DNA from: Coriobacteriia bacterium
Lineage (GTDB): Bacteria; Actinomycetota; Coriobacteriia; Anaerosomatales; JAJZPX01
Length of the DNA stretch: 64,000 nt
Reading direction: 5' to 3'
Assembly: GCA_036504755.1 (NCBI GenBank)
Contig: DASXUP010000007.1
Span: 209,687-273,686, forward strand
Position numbers and translations under genes: made by a program. The notes beneath the pieces were generated by a model, which made no database searches, was not told the origin of the DNA, and saw only the letters and a list, made by a program, of their open reading frames with translations. Positions 63,206 to 64,000 of this stretch are shown one piece after another (position 1 is the first letter of the stretch; each line of letters begins with the position of its first letter).

Positions 63206-63622
63206 CTACTCCTCGCCGCCCTCGCCCTCGGCCTCGGGCGCCGCGTCGCCCGCCGCGTCGGTCTCGCCGGCCTTCGTGGCCTGCTCGACCTCGTGACGCG
63301 CGGACTTCTCGGCCTTGCGGCCGTCGCGCTGCGAGCGCGCCGCGCGAGCGGCCTCGGCGGCCTCCTCGGCGGCCTTCTGGCGCGCCTCCTTCTCGGCGGC
63401 CTGCTTCTGCGCGACGCGGTCGGCGGCATTGCCGAACTTGTCGGCGAAGCGCTGGACGCGACCGCCGGTGTCGACGAACTTCTGCTGACCCGTGTAGAAC
63501 GGGTGGCACTTGTTGCAGAGCTCGACGTGGAGTTCGTTCTTGGTGGACCGCGTCGTGAAGGTGTTGCCGCAGGAGCAGGTCACCTTGGCCTCGACGTAGT
63601 CGGGATGGATGTCGTTGCGCAT
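63206..63622 (-). CDS. rpmE: 50S ribosomal protein L31 (Zn-ribbon type) with a charged C-terminal extension of about 65 aa
   Basis: [27 protein letters not shown]...[11 protein letters not shown], then an A/E/K/R-rich tail. GAGGAGGAA lies upstream of the ATG at 63622. Confidence 0.92.
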   Translation of the reverse strand: MRNDIHPDYVEAKVTCSCGNTFTTRSTKNELHVELCNKCHPFYTGQQKFVDTGGRVQRFADKFGNAADRVAQKQAAEKEARQKAAEEAAEAARAARSQRDGRKAEKSARHEVEQATKAGETDAAGDAAPEAEGEGGEE

Positions 63623-63706
63623 CGTTCCTCCTCGTAGCAGCCGGTTTCCGACCGGCCGCGGACAGCCGTGCGATGGTAGCACACGGTGTGCGCGAAGGGC
63701 TAGCTC

Positions 63707-64000
<294 letters not shown>

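Overview
High-GC chromosomal segment: the backbone is about 70% or more GC by spot counts of single 60-nt lines. It comes from a Gram-positive-type bacterium. My inference is an Actinomycetota lineage with Firmicutes-like gene order (Coriobacteriia-like), but this cannot be verified without searches. I call about 62 CDS, almost all on the minus strand, and many are translationally coupled through ATGA/GTGA start-stop overlaps.

Layout:
- (1) 1-2.1 kb: Doc/AbrB-type toxin-antitoxin pair, an atypical uracil-DNA-glycosylase-superfamily gene flanked by imperfect direct repeats, and a Cys/Met-rich DUF2769-like protein.
- (2) yitT-prfB-secA.
- (3) A lower-GC insertion of about 7.5 kb (7.36-14.8 kb). 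It carries a 1097-aa ATPase-TPR-SARP regulator, a decayed IS3 element and an HD-GYP / degenerate HD-GYP / DUF5317-like membrane module. It interrupts the conserved hpf-secA adjacency.
- (4) hpf, an amino-acid ABC operon, a 320-nt ORF-free gap with long-range pairing just downstream of comFC (candidate structured ncRNA), and comFC itself.
- (5) AEC transporter, mtnA, ahcY, punA.
- (6) A cell-envelope glycopolymer region of about 21 kb (25.6-47 kb). It contains GT4, a DUF4330-Wzy-like-DUF4330 trio, a triple-CWB2 wall-anchored protein, LCP, a colinear WbpA/B/D/E/I set, fabZ-murA, and an Arn-like cluster (ArnT-like GT-C divergent from ArnC-like GT2, GNAT, SDR, methyltransferase and ArnB-like aminotransferase).
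- (7) atpIBEFHAGDC, wecA, dCMP deaminase, upp, glyA, rpiB, tsaC, prmC, prfA, DUF1385, thyX, rpmE, and the 3' end of rho.

I saw no rRNA, tRNA or CRISPR array.

Observations most worth a second look:
- The candidate ncRNA downstream of comFC.
- The Arn-like lipid-carrier amino-sugar pathway in a non-lipid-A organism.
- upp and the deaminase lying in one frame separated by a single TAG, with conserved deaminase residues upstream of the first ATG.
- An RF2 with SPT in place of the SPF tripeptide, together with TAG as the majority stop codon in this window.
- The inverted STAND-SARP architecture.

All domain calls rest on motif recognition by eye. No database search was run.
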